Below, in pieces: positions 53,176 to 63,636 of a DNA stretch of 64,000 bases. The stretch is from Aureliella sp. (GTDB lineage: Bacteria; Planctomycetota; Planctomycetia; Pirellulales; Pirellulaceae). The stretch spans positions 1,472,001-1,536,000 of the forward strand of contig OY829846.1 of assembly GCA_963691875.1 (NCBI GenBank), written 5' to 3'. Under the pieces are notes generated by a model. That model was not told the origin of the DNA and searched no databases. It saw only the letters and a list, made by a program, of their open reading frames with translations. Positions within the stretch are counted from its first letter, which is position 1; the number at the start of each line of letters is the position of its first letter. The position numbers and the translations under genes are program-made.

Positions 53176-56100
53176 TTACTGAAACTGCGCAATTCTTCGG
53201 GAATCGAGCCATTGTCCGGCCGCCATGATAACTGCACAGCCCCAAAGAATGTAGCTGGGCCATTGAACTGGAAGAAGTAGAAAACCTACTGCACCGAGCA
53301 TCGCCCAATAGGACCACGGATGCGAGGGAAGAAATGAATCGAGCCTGCGGCGCAAGAGTCGATACAGAAAGTAAGCGGATGCCGACAAGAACACCACGAT
53401 GCCAGCGGCCGAGAGTTTGTGTCCCCAGCGTGTGGGAATTAACTGCGGTTGCAATTCAATCTGGAGTTTGACTAGTGACATCGGCAACTCGGTCTTAAAC
53501 TGCCGTTGTTCCGCGGCATAGAGCACGCTGCTTGCCGTCAGCTGGTCTGGTTTGACTCCAGCTCGGCGACAAATCTCCGCCCAGAATTGCTCCAGCAAAA
53601 CTTTCGCGTTGGCCGAATCTGATTGGTCTAGGGAGCTGACCAAAAATTGCTCACCAAACCCCATCGCGCTCGGTTGCCAATGTTCAAGCCAAGCGATTCT
53701 CTCGCTTACGGGAAGTCGACGCATCCGATCAATACTATCCGATAGTAGATCTGTCCAAGTATCGATAAGTATGCCGTTTGAAACGGGGCTAAGCTCGCCT
53801 GAAGCTTCCCAGCCACGATCCCGACATTGAAACGAGAATTCGATTTCCTCATCAGCCAATCCAATTGCTTGAGGCGCATCAAGAAGCCAACCGCCAGCCC
53901 GCCGAGTGCCTGAAGTGAAATGAATTCTAAGGCGAACCGGTCCATAGTTGGGCTGCAACAGGACTCGAAGTCGTCTCGTGTCGAACGAATAGTTTGCGAA
54001 CCTTTCCCCGACGGTAACACCACAAACCTCAACTCCCGTGGGCAAATCGAACTCGACATAGGTACCTCCTCCAGGCTCAACCCAAAAGTCCACAAACTGA
54101 GAAACGAACTCTTCTTGAACCTGTTCAACTCCCCAACGTGCCGCCCACAAGCTGGCTTGGTTTGACTGTTCGATTTCAGGTTGCCAGGTAACGACGGTGT
54201 CACTGTCTTGACCAATAGCGAGTGTCACTCCCTTTAACTCATCCGTTTTCCAGTAATTAAGCTCAAGGGGCTCGGCAAGAAAGTCAGCTGACCAGCGGAT
54301 TACGGATCCATCCATGAGATCCGGGAGCGCGATGAGTGGCCGCACCCCCTGGCTTGAGAGAATATCGATGGGCGGAATGGTAACTTGGTTGTTTACAGAA
54401 CTGTATTCGAGGTCCAGTTCCATTTCGAAACTATATGCAGTCTGACTCTCGGTCAGCGGAAGCATTGCGATCGTGGCGAGAAGCGGGTCGCCTGATGGAA
54501 CCGTTTGATAGTCGTGCTTTGAGCTCAAGGCATCTGACAAGTCTGATGGAACGCGTAGGAAGAGAAAATCGTTGGAGAGGTATTCGGGGCCCCTCACTAC
54601 TAGTCGACCACGCCACTGGGCTCCTTCGGGTTCGACAAACAATATGGCTTGAAGATCTTCCCGCAGTCCCAGTCGCAACAATCGATATTGAATCGGCAAC
54701 TGGCTTGAATCCCGATAGTCACCCTCCAGCTCAGCTTGGCCAACCAACACTTCAAGATTTGAAAGCACGTCACTGGGTCGTAGGCTAACCTTCTCGAGGC
54801 GAATATCGTTAGCATCACCTAAGTCAAAATCGCAACGTACTCCCGCGCGACGTAGCACACGAACAATTGAGCTCGAAACTGCTGCGTCGTCCATAACCAC
54901 TCGCGACATCGTTTGGCTCCTTGTAGAGCCGCCTCGAATTGGCGTCGTCAGTTCCAATTCGGCACTTGCAATTTCCCCTTCGACTAGTGAAGAGAAGATA
55001 AGTAAATAGTCTTCGGCCTCCCCAGCGATGACTCGATAGGGTGCATTAGAACCAAGGATTTTGCAGCTTGAAACGTTTGCACTCTTTGGAATCCGAAACC
55101 TCAAAGCAGGGCGCTTGGATGTCTCTTTCCACTGTGCGAGATATTGTATTCTTGCCTCGCTCGAAGAAAGGTGTATCGTATTCACCTCGGTTGCCGTTCG
55201 TTCCTCTACCTGATCCTGCTTCTTAAATGAACACTGTGCTACGCCGGTGGGAAGTAGAAATCGCTGGGGAAGATCGGTCCATGCGAGTTTTCCCCAGACG
55301 TTTAGGTCGGAAGCAATCCCTGGCAACCAGTTTGCACTCAACTCAGCTCTCCAAGGAGAATCTTCCGTCGAAGACCACCATAGAGATTTTTCTAGCACAG
55401 TCGTGTTTCGCACCACCGGATAGACAATCTGCGCGGTGTCCATTGACCGGGAGCTTGTGCGCTGACTGAGCAACATCCGAATGGTCGCCACATTCTGAAA
55501 CTTGTCGGCCGCATCTCGAAACTCCACATCAAATTCGCGATTCGATTGAAGCTGACGCCGCTGAGTCGGCATTGGGCTCACGTCTCCCCAGTTGCTGCCA
55601 ACCACTTCCCAGTTGTCATCAACGGCGATTCGAAAAACGTCCGGCAAAGCGCTTGGATTCGACACCTCGATGACGGCCAACGCACACAGGTGACTCGAGT
55701 TGCCGTGCATCCAAAGATGCGTTCTGGTGCTTACCGCTTGCGAACTCGTCGATTTCGAAATCCAGCTACACTTCAATTGAGTTGCTGGGCCAAGGTCTAA
55801 TGAGCGGGCACTCGTTTCGAGCTTGGGCGAGCCGACGGTTGGGATCTCAACTCGCGTCTTGGAATCGGCGATGACTCTCAGTTTTGCCGATGGGTATGGC
55901 GGTATCCCCGCCTCAAACACGGCTCTTCCGGATTCTTCTAGTTTGGCTTCTGGCTGAAAACGAAGCTTCAAACGATAAGGCCCAGGAGCCTCGGGCTTGA
56001 ATACAACGCCTTTGTCGTCTTGGTACAGAGTAGCATCCATGGCATCGACACTCGTACCGTCGATCTCGGATTCACTCACCAGCAGGGGCATGCTCTCGGC

Positions 56101-59100
56101 CAGAAATTCGAGACGAATCTGCCCGGCAGCGGCAGGAATATCCACAGTCACGTTAGCCGTAAGTTCTTCGATTAACTGCTCATTCGCATCATCGCTCGGT
56201 AGCAGTCGCAAGACGTAGTCGATGTCGCGTACTGCCGCTTCGCGTTCGGCTTCCTCCTTGGCGCCCTCCTGCAGTTTCGCCAAAAGAACTTCAGGCGCAT
56301 AAACCAAATTGCCTTCGACACCTTCCCAGGAATCATCGACCGGAAGAAAGATCACGTGAACCTGCTTCTCGTTCGAGTTACTCGTATCGAGCGCTTGTAC
56401 CTGTGCAGCTAAACAAAATAATCCAGCCAACAGAGAGCCTGTCACTGCGGAGGCTTGTGGCAAGGACTTAGTACGTGTCGACGCAGGATTGCTGCCATCC
56501 CGAAGCCGACGCTTTATCACCACCCGAAGAATCGCGGCCACAGTAGCAAGGACGCTGGCAAGAAAAACCGTCTGTGCAAAAACGAGCCAAGAACCCGGAC
56601 TGAGAATAACCAGCGCTGCTAGGATCGTGAGGCAGCCCCAGAGTCTGGTCAAAACGCCGCCAAGTACGACAAAGAGCACGGCACTCAGCGCAAATGTTCC
56701 AGCGATCGCCAAGCAAGAATAGGCCGTCCGCTTGATCAACCAAAGTCTCTCTGTCGCTTTGGAGCTGTCCAGCGGGATGGAAGTCCATCGAAAATGCTCA
56801 TCGGGAGCAGAAGCTACTTCCTTAGTCTTGCCAGGAGTGAAGCTCTTCCACCAATTCATAGGCATGAGTCGTGCAACAACTACCCCGTCCTCGTCTGGAG
56901 TACTGTGAAGCTTCAGCAACGCAATCGATGGTGGAAGCCATAGTCTGGCATGCCTCTGCACAACTGGAATCTGCAAAGTTGGTCGAGAGAAGCTCAAATT
57001 TGTGATCCAACCTGTCGAGTCGGCTCGGCTGTCGAAATGCAATACAATCCGCGTTTTCTGCCGTGGCTCAACACTGATAGCCAGTATTGCTTCCGGTGCA
57101 ATCAACCGCAAAGGCCTATCTCCGACGCTTGCATCACTTAAACGCCAATCCTTTGGAATGCGAAGCTGAAACAAGTTGGATTCACCTGGCTCGACTACCC
57201 ATTCGACTCGATGCTTAGCCTTCTCGAGGCTGGTTAGCCAATGCTCAATCTTCTCTGAGACTACCCAACCAGTTTGAGCAACTGTGGGATTGCGAGAATC
57301 CAGTGGTAGTTGGGACTGCATCTCCTCACCTATCCGCAAGCCTACCCAATTCGACTCATTTTCTTGCATGAAGCGTTCCGAGGATTCTAAACTCAGATGC
57401 TCCCCACGTTCTATATTTGGCAAGAACTCGATCGCGCCTTTGGGGAGTCCAGCAAAGTCTATCTTTGCCAGAATGCTAGGTGTGCAAAAGAGAGTAATGG
57501 TCTTTTCTGTCGCATCAGGAAAAGTGACTAGCGGCACGGCAGCCCCGGAGTGCCTAAAACTAGTTTGGAGAAGCGTGCGTTTGCTCAGCGGTTCGGTTAA
57601 CAGTACACGAACGAGTAGACTTTCCTCGTCACGCTGCAAAACATCGAACCTTAGAGGCTCCTTCCCCTTGCCCAGTCGGAAATCTATCTGTGATGCATCG
57701 ACTACCGGAGGCATCTGAAGCAATACAGAATCCACCTCATTGTCTGGCTCTAACTCTGTCACCCAATTGATTTGAAGTGCTGAGTTGTCGATTTCGCTAA
57801 CCCACCCCGCCGATTTGCTGGAAAATCTCGCAGGTTCCTGCACGAGTCGGATCGGAGGAATGGTGCGTCGAACTCCCTGGAATATCCATTGAGACTCCGC
57901 ATCGTCGATCAGTTCTCGTTGCCAAACGGGAAGGTTTACGTCTTGAATTTGGAACATGAGCAGATTCGCTGTCAAATCAACACGAAATCGACCGCTGGGT
58001 TTCAAGACATAGTTATCGACTTGATTTGAGTTTGGAAGTGTCAGCAGCCTTCGAATACGCTCACCTTCTTTCTGAAGTCCTCGATGGCCCTTTACACTTA
58101 ACTGAAAATTCACATCGCTGCGTTGATCATCCCAATGCACAAGAATGATCGTCGGCCCCTCCGAATCAGGTGCTGGCTCAATAATGCTCGTAGCAAGCGA
58201 TACTGTTTCGGAATCCAGCACCTCGACTTCGTCGACTACCCATCGTTCGCCTACGCGAATGCTCACCTCATTGCTCTGCGTCTTGCCAGACGAAACGCGT
58301 AATATGCTCTCCGCTTGTAACCATCTCGGATTCAAAGAAAAGCGGTGTAGGCCCTCTGCCTCCCAGTTAGAAATATTTTCGGCTAGCTGAACATTAATCT
58401 TGGGAACATCGCCACTCCAATTCATCTGGTATCGAAGCTGCCCTTCTGTTTCTGTTGAACTACTCGCCGTTTGCGTCAGGTCCAGAACCTCGCCACTTTC
58501 CGAGTTGGCGTGCAAAACAGTGAACTGAGGAGCCGCTTTGACCTGGACAACACCATCGATGACAAAGCATTTGGACACCGCCAGTTGCGGTAGCTGCATT
58601 CGCCTTAAGTCGGCATCTTCGGAAACAAGCTTGACCGCCTCTAGTTCGAGCACATCCTCACGTTCTAATACGACCGCTTCTCGAGGATTCGCAGCCGTAT
58701 CTGAGTTTGCCTGCGGATCGGCAGACTCAGAAATAGAGGGGGCAGCCTCGACATTGCGGGCCGTAAGTGTTGCCACTCTCTCTGCGTCGAGTTCCAAAAG
58801 TAATGTATTGGGTTCTGATCCAACCTGCGTCGTCCAGCTAATAGGACTGCCGTTAAGACGCAGAGAGGAAATCCGAAGATTTGAGGCCGCTTTCAATCGC
58901 AGTGGAGACAATAAGTCTCGCTCTAGAATATCAAACCTCGCGGCTACGGAGATTTCATTCGGAGAAACCTTAAACTCGACAAAGCCCTTGCGCGCCAAAT
59001 GTCGAAAAGATGACTTGGCCTCGAGGTCTGTCCCAACTGTTTCTAAAGCGAACTCGCGTTTGCCCCCGAGATAAATCATCCACCAGCGTCGTTGAGTAGA

Positions 59101-59811
59101 AATTCCAGAACGGGCAAGGCTTGTTCTGTCTGGCCAATCTTCTGGTAGAAAACGCAAAGGTGAATCGATACTTTCGACCAAAACATCATCGGACTGAAGG
59201 CTCACGTCATCACGTGTGACCACAAAGCAGAACGCCTGCTTCGCGGCAGGCAGCTTGAGTTGAAACCTTGGATCATTCGCCGCATTCCTATTCTGCGCGA
59301 AACTCAACCAGTGTTTCGTCGGGCCGTCGACGGGAATCTGCATGCTACCCTTTGCGGCCATGCGGAGTTCATCAACAAACTGTAGTTCGTCTGAGCCAAC
59401 ACCGCGCGCACGTCCAAGTGCCACTGATGTTTCCCCTAGCTGTAGCAAGCCTTTGCCACTCGATTGGAAACAAGACAGTTCCGAAATGAGCCGATCGTTC
59501 TCCAGCCGCGCGACATAGATTGCGGCGTCGAGCGCGGGTTGCCCAAGCAATCCGCGCTCTCTTCGCTGCTGTCTTGCCTCGAGTAGTAGCTGCAGCCGAT
59601 CCAATTCCGTTGGAGGATACTTTTGATCTCTCGCAAGATCCAAGATCTCTTTCAATTGGCTCGACGGCACATAGACCTTCAGAACATCAAAATCATCATC
59701 TTCTTGATATAAGCCGTCGTTCTGTGCTTGGCAAATAGTTGACCCCAGAAGAAAGATGGCAGCAAACAGCGAACAGCAGCGCATTGGATAAAGCGGAGAT
59801 GAGCGAGTCAT
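53176..59811 (-). CDS. Giant hypothetical membrane protein (2211 aa) with two large beta-rich ectodomains, each followed by a TM bundle
   Basis: Uninterrupted 6.6-kb ORF; signal peptide; central TM cluster (~56395-56720) and C-terminal TM cluster; ATGA overlap with the upstream gene. Confidence 0.9.
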   Translation of the reverse strand: MTRSSPLYPMRCCSLFAAIFLLGSTICQAQNDGLYQEDDDFDVLKVYVPSSQLKEILDLARDQKYPPTELDRLQLLLEARQQRRERGLLGQPALDAAIYVARLENDRLISELSCFQSSGKGLLQLGETSVALGRARGVGSDELQFVDELRMAAKGSMQIPVDGPTKHWLSFAQNRNAANDPRFQLKLPAAKQAFCFVVTRDDVSLQSDDVLVESIDSPLRFLPEDWPDRTSLARSGISTQRRWWMIYLGGKREFALETVGTDLEAKSSFRHLARKGFVEFKVSPNEISVAARFDILERDLLSPLRLKAASNLRISSLRLNGSPISWTTQVGSEPNTLLLELDAERVATLTARNVEAAPSISESADPQANSDTAANPREAVVLEREDVLELEAVKLVSEDADLRRMQLPQLAVSKCFVIDGVVQVKAAPQFTVLHANSESGEVLDLTQTASSSTETEGQLRYQMNWSGDVPKINVQLAENISNWEAEGLHRFSLNPRWLQAESILRVSSGKTQSNEVSIRVGERWVVDEVEVLDSETVSLATSIIEPAPDSEGPTIILVHWDDQRSDVNFQLSVKGHRGLQKEGERIRRLLTLPNSNQVDNYVLKPSGRFRVDLTANLLMFQIQDVNLPVWQRELIDDAESQWIFQGVRRTIPPIRLVQEPARFSSKSAGWVSEIDNSALQINWVTELEPDNEVDSVLLQMPPVVDASQIDFRLGKGKEPLRFDVLQRDEESLLVRVLLTEPLSKRTLLQTSFRHSGAAVPLVTFPDATEKTITLFCTPSILAKIDFAGLPKGAIEFLPNIERGEHLSLESSERFMQENESNWVGLRIGEEMQSQLPLDSRNPTVAQTGWVVSEKIEHWLTSLEKAKHRVEWVVEPGESNLFQLRIPKDWRLSDASVGDRPLRLIAPEAILAISVEPRQKTRIVLHFDSRADSTGWITNLSFSRPTLQIPVVQRHARLWLPPSIALLKLHSTPDEDGVVVARLMPMNWWKSFTPGKTKEVASAPDEHFRWTSIPLDSSKATERLWLIKRTAYSCLAIAGTFALSAVLFVVLGGVLTRLWGCLTILAALVILSPGSWLVFAQTVFLASVLATVAAILRVVIKRRLRDGSNPASTRTKSLPQASAVTGSLLAGLFCLAAQVQALDTSNSNEKQVHVIFLPVDDSWEGVEGNLVYAPEVLLAKLQEGAKEEAEREAAVRDIDYVLRLLPSDDANEQLIEELTANVTVDIPAAAGQIRLEFLAESMPLLVSESEIDGTSVDAMDATLYQDDKGVVFKPEAPGPYRLKLRFQPEAKLEESGRAVFEAGIPPYPSAKLRVIADSKTRVEIPTVGSPKLETSARSLDLGPATQLKCSWISKSTSSQAVSTRTHLWMHGNSSHLCALAVIEVSNPSALPDVFRIAVDDNWEVVGSNWGDVSPMPTQRRQLQSNREFDVEFRDAADKFQNVATIRMLLSQRTSSRSMDTAQIVYPVVRNTTVLEKSLWWSSTEDSPWRAELSANWLPGIASDLNVWGKLAWTDLPQRFLLPTGVAQCSFKKQDQVEERTATEVNTIHLSSSEARIQYLAQWKETSKRPALRFRIPKSANVSSCKILGSNAPYRVIAGEAEDYLLIFSSLVEGEIASAELELTTPIRGGSTRSQTMSRVVMDDAAVSSSIVRVLRRAGVRCDFDLGDANDIRLEKVSLRPSDVLSNLEVLVGQAELEGDYRDSSQLPIQYRLLRLGLREDLQAILFVEPEGAQWRGRLVVRGPEYLSNDFLFLRVPSDLSDALSSKHDYQTVPSGDPLLATIAMLPLTESQTAYSFEMELDLEYSSVNNQVTIPPIDILSSQGVRPLIALPDLMDGSVIRWSADFLAEPLELNYWKTDELKGVTLAIGQDSDTVVTWQPEIEQSNQASLWAARWGVEQVQEEFVSQFVDFWVEPGGGTYVEFDLPTGVEVCGVTVGERFANYSFDTRRLRVLLQPNYGPVRLRIHFTSGTRRAGGWLLDAPQAIGLADEEIEFSFQCRDRGWEASGELSPVSNGILIDTWTDLLSDSIDRMRRLPVSERIAWLEHWQPSAMGFGEQFLVSSLDQSDSANAKVLLEQFWAEICRRAGVKPDQLTASSVLYAAEQRQFKTELPMSLVKLQIELQPQLIPTRWGHKLSAAGIVVFLSASAYFLYRLLRRRLDSFLPSHPWSYWAMLGAVGFLLLPVQWPSYILWGCAVIMAAGQWLDSRRIAQFQ

Positions 59812-62800
59812 GACGACACCTCCTCCGCCACGCTGGATTGTGGATCCTTAGTGACGTCCGACCAGCGATCTGAATTGCCAACAGAAATGTGATCACTACC
59901 ATCCCGGGCGGTGCGTGGGCCAAACACGCTTCTGCGACGCATCCTAGATTCAATCGCAATGTGAGTCAGAGTCACCAGGACTACCAACGATACGGAGACG
60001 AGTGCTGTCTGGCCGCATAGGAATGCCAGGTCAGGGAAAATCATGGCTGCGCTAGCTAACAACAGAGCTAGCAGTAGAACAGCCTGCGGACTCCTGGCCC
60101 ATTGGGCATTCAGGATAAGTACTGTGATCCCAATCGCCACTAGACCTATTGGGAACCAAAGTAAGAATCGGGGGATCACCCATAGACTCAAGGTTTGAGT
60201 CGGTAGATCTCCACTCATCAGATAACGATTAGTCGACGCAGGTAGTCTGACTTCGTCTACTCGCATCAAACGCAGCATGTTCGACTCGTCTCGCGAGTTC
60301 GCGCGATTCCACCAGAATCCGTTCCATTCCCAGGTCCATTCTGGCATCAAGCGCTCAGGTGTCCAAGCCAAGTGTTGCGTCCGAGGAGTAGCTACTTGCC
60401 AGAAGAAGCGTCCCAGGTTCTCGGCGTCAATTATCTCTGGAACGCGCACACTGACCTTCGAGGCACTCCAGTTCTCTAGACTGGAAAGAAGCGTATAAAT
60501 AACTTCGACAGAGTGGAGACCATCCTCGGTGGATGAAACTGGGATACGAAACAGATCTTCTGACGGAACATAAGCGTCTCGTACCTCTCGCCCGTCAATC
60601 ACCACCCGCCAAGCACCACGTCGCAAGTTGACGCTTTCGTTTAACTTAATTTTGATCTCGTCTTGCGTGGTATAGAACCTTGCAACAAACCGATCTTGGC
60701 GCCCCTCCGTACCAATAATACTTTGCAACCAAATGTTGGACACGACTAGGTTTTCAGCGGCTTGGTTCTGATCCTGCAGCAACTGTAGTAGGAGGACAGC
60801 TGAATCCGCACTGGTCTTCAAAGGCTGTTGGGAAGCCAGTGGAATCCAATTCGTACCTGCGTCTCCTCGCGTTAATCCCAACAAAGCAGCACCACGGGTA
60901 TTTGCAAGCGAGACTTCGCGTGTAGTCGCGATATATTCAGACGGCTCGAGTAGAACAGCCAACGGTATCTGTTCGCTCGAATTGTCGGGACTTGGGCTCG
61001 CGCTGCCTGCGGCACCGCTGCCCCATGGCAGCTGGTACTCAACACGCAACAATACATTTCGCCTCAGTTCAGAGGCTGCGACAAGCTCGTAGACTTGCCA
61101 TGTTTGCTTCGCATCTGCATTGCTGTTCGCACGCTCGGTTCGTTGAGAGAGTTGTTCTCCAGTTAAAAGCTCAATAGGTACAGCAGATGTCAGCAAGTCG
61201 CCAACATAGAATTGAACGCGTTGAAACGTCGCATTAGGGGCCTGATCCTGGCGGACAGGTACCGCAATCCGGGGTCGAAAGACAGGAACATTCGCGATGC
61301 TTAGGTCAAAGTCTTGTCGAACCTGAAGCTCATTTTGCAATAGCGTGAGTTCCACGGATTCACGTGCGACAACCGAGCGAGGTAGCACATTCGCTTTCCC
61401 TACCCATTTGGGTTGGACAGAATTGCTCTGAAACCGAAAGACGTAGGGCTGTCTGATAGATTCAGTTCTTAAGTATCGAGAAAGGTCCTCGGAAAACACG
61501 TCCGGCAACAGGCCCTGGCTGTTACTGTCCTGAAATCTCAGGAGTACCTCATCTTGTGAGGACACAATGAGAATTCCGGCACCATGATTTGCAGTGCCAA
61601 TATCTTCTCCACGGATAATTTGTGGGATGACAAATTCCAGCGATTCTGGGCCAGACAGCGTTTTCTCAGCAGTCAACTGCCAGATCTGCCTCGGTCGGCG
61701 ATTACCGTCAAAGGACGAGCGTTCAGTCGATGGAAGTGTGACGCGATGGCTACCGTCACTGCGCGATTCAATTCGCAGCAGCTCACCTTCCTCTGCACCT
61801 GGATCTGCTGAAACTGGATATGCAGTTGCGGTGTTTTCAAGCGGACTCCAGTCGCCAAACATAAGGCCAAGATTGGGCGCTCGCTGATTGGAGTTGAAGG
61901 AACAATCTAGCCACGCGGTCAATCGCAGCTTAGACTTCTCGACTTCCACCAAGTAGACTGGCCGCACGGTTGGCAAGGCTTCTTCCTTGCGGAAGACTAA
62001 GCGTATTCCCACGTCTTCTTTCGAAAAGCCGAATTGTAATTGTTGCCAAGCGAAAGAATCACTGCTTTGGCTGCGTTGAATAAATGTAGACGCCGCGTTG
62101 TGGTCATACCGAACAACAAATTCTGCCGGAGTTTCACAAACCATCACGCCACGATGAGAATCCAAGTCGCTGACTTTCGGGATCGCTATATCGCAGGCTA
62201 GTCCTTTTGTCGCCGTAGTTACCAACGTCGGCAGGTACTCCCATTCAAGAGTGACTTCGATACTCGAAAACTGATCTGGATCAATGTTTTGCAGTGAATA
62301 CTGGGCTGCAACTTCCTCATCCGCTGCGGAATCATCGACGACGAGCGAAACTTGAAAGCGTTCGAAATCACCTTGCGGCCGCTCTCGCCATCGAGCTCCC
62401 TTTGGCAGCGTCAGCAAAAGTGGCTCATTTTGGTTGTCTCCGAACCATCGCAACGTCATCTTGGTCGTTGCACTCCAGGGAGTACTCGGATCAGCGACTA
62501 CAAAACGCGTTTCACTGTCCGCTTCGACAGACGAAAAGCGATTCAATTCGTCTTTTGATTTCCACGAAATGTTGAAATCACCGCCACGAGAAAGGATCGT
62601 GTACTCAATGCCTTCAGCGCCTTTCTTGGGCTCACCAAGAAACTCCTCACCACCAGGACGAACGTCTGTTGAATTGGCTGGCAAAACTAATTTGATTTCA
62701 CAGCTCTGCAGAGGCAGCGCAATTCGGAGCGAACTGCGTCCGCTGGAGGTAGTCAACTTAGATTTTCCACTCAGCTCGATCCCGTAAACACGGTTTTTCG

Positions 62801-63383
62801 ATTGCTCCGAGGAATTTCGTCCTGAGTAGAGAATCCAGCGATAGCCGTTGACCGTCGCTTCTAACTTACTCTGAAACTCTTTGTCACCACCACTATCAAC
62901 TCGTGGAGGAGTGAGTCCAAGTTGGCATGAACCAAAGCTCAGTGGAACCTCTGCATAAGCTGAGTCATCACCTAGTTGCACCTGAAAATTCGCCTTCACA
63001 TCAGCGTGCCGTTCGCCGACTGCCGCGCTCACTTCAATTTTTCGAAACTCGTAGCCACCCTTTTGATTGTCAAGTTGCTTAAGGAGGCGAATTTCTTCGA
63101 GGGTGACTGACGGCAAATAGAAGACTCGTTCACCATCTTCATCTAAGTACATCCTTGCCTCAAACGGCAGGACGCTACCTTCAAGCCCTTTGGACGAAGA
63201 GCCCGGAGATTTATCTTCCTGCGCCGCAGAGAAAGGAGCAAAGAAGAAAATGACGAGAAACACCCCGAAGGCGAATAGTCGTTGATGAGAGAGCAGAACA
63301 AGCATCAGACGCCATGGCGCACCGCACAACGCTGGCGGCAAGCCTAAGGAGGCTCGGTGTAGCTCAGTGTTCTGATTTATCAT
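59808..63383 (-). CDS. Large hypothetical membrane protein (1191 aa) with a beta-rich ectodomain and C-terminal 3-TM bundle
   Basis: Uninterrupted ORF; signal-like segment ending SAA-Q; C-terminal hydrophobic helices and basic RMRRR. Confidence 0.9.
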   Translation of the reverse strand: MINQNTELHRASLGLPPALCGAPWRLMLVLLSHQRLFAFGVFLVIFFFAPFSAAQEDKSPGSSSKGLEGSVLPFEARMYLDEDGERVFYLPSVTLEEIRLLKQLDNQKGGYEFRKIEVSAAVGERHADVKANFQVQLGDDSAYAEVPLSFGSCQLGLTPPRVDSGGDKEFQSKLEATVNGYRWILYSGRNSSEQSKNRVYGIELSGKSKLTTSSGRSSLRIALPLQSCEIKLVLPANSTDVRPGGEEFLGEPKKGAEGIEYTILSRGGDFNISWKSKDELNRFSSVEADSETRFVVADPSTPWSATTKMTLRWFGDNQNEPLLLTLPKGARWRERPQGDFERFQVSLVVDDSAADEEVAAQYSLQNIDPDQFSSIEVTLEWEYLPTLVTTATKGLACDIAIPKVSDLDSHRGVMVCETPAEFVVRYDHNAASTFIQRSQSSDSFAWQQLQFGFSKEDVGIRLVFRKEEALPTVRPVYLVEVEKSKLRLTAWLDCSFNSNQRAPNLGLMFGDWSPLENTATAYPVSADPGAEEGELLRIESRSDGSHRVTLPSTERSSFDGNRRPRQIWQLTAEKTLSGPESLEFVIPQIIRGEDIGTANHGAGILIVSSQDEVLLRFQDSNSQGLLPDVFSEDLSRYLRTESIRQPYVFRFQSNSVQPKWVGKANVLPRSVVARESVELTLLQNELQVRQDFDLSIANVPVFRPRIAVPVRQDQAPNATFQRVQFYVGDLLTSAVPIELLTGEQLSQRTERANSNADAKQTWQVYELVAASELRRNVLLRVEYQLPWGSGAAGSASPSPDNSSEQIPLAVLLEPSEYIATTREVSLANTRGAALLGLTRGDAGTNWIPLASQQPLKTSADSAVLLLQLLQDQNQAAENLVVSNIWLQSIIGTEGRQDRFVARFYTTQDEIKIKLNESVNLRRGAWRVVIDGREVRDAYVPSEDLFRIPVSSTEDGLHSVEVIYTLLSSLENWSASKVSVRVPEIIDAENLGRFFWQVATPRTQHLAWTPERLMPEWTWEWNGFWWNRANSRDESNMLRLMRVDEVRLPASTNRYLMSGDLPTQTLSLWVIPRFLLWFPIGLVAIGITVLILNAQWARSPQAVLLLALLLASAAMIFPDLAFLCGQTALVSVSLVVLVTLTHIAIESRMRRRSVFGPRTARDGSDHISVGNSDRWSDVTKDPQSSVAEEVSS

Positions 63384-63636
63384 GACCGTCCAAATTGGCT
63401 GCGAGCCGATTATGAGAGTGATCTATCACCGCGTCCGATTGGCATTTCGAAGATATGTGTCCTGAGGTTCCGTAATCGGTTGCACCCCCCTTTTCCCTAT
63501 GGTACGCGGCTCAGCTGCCTAATTAAACTAGATTTCCCACAGCAGCTGGAGCACCTAGCGTTCGCTATCGGAATATTCAGCAAAACCCTTACGAAAAGAC
63601 GAAAGAAGATGGTGCTGCACTTATTCCAGGGATAAC

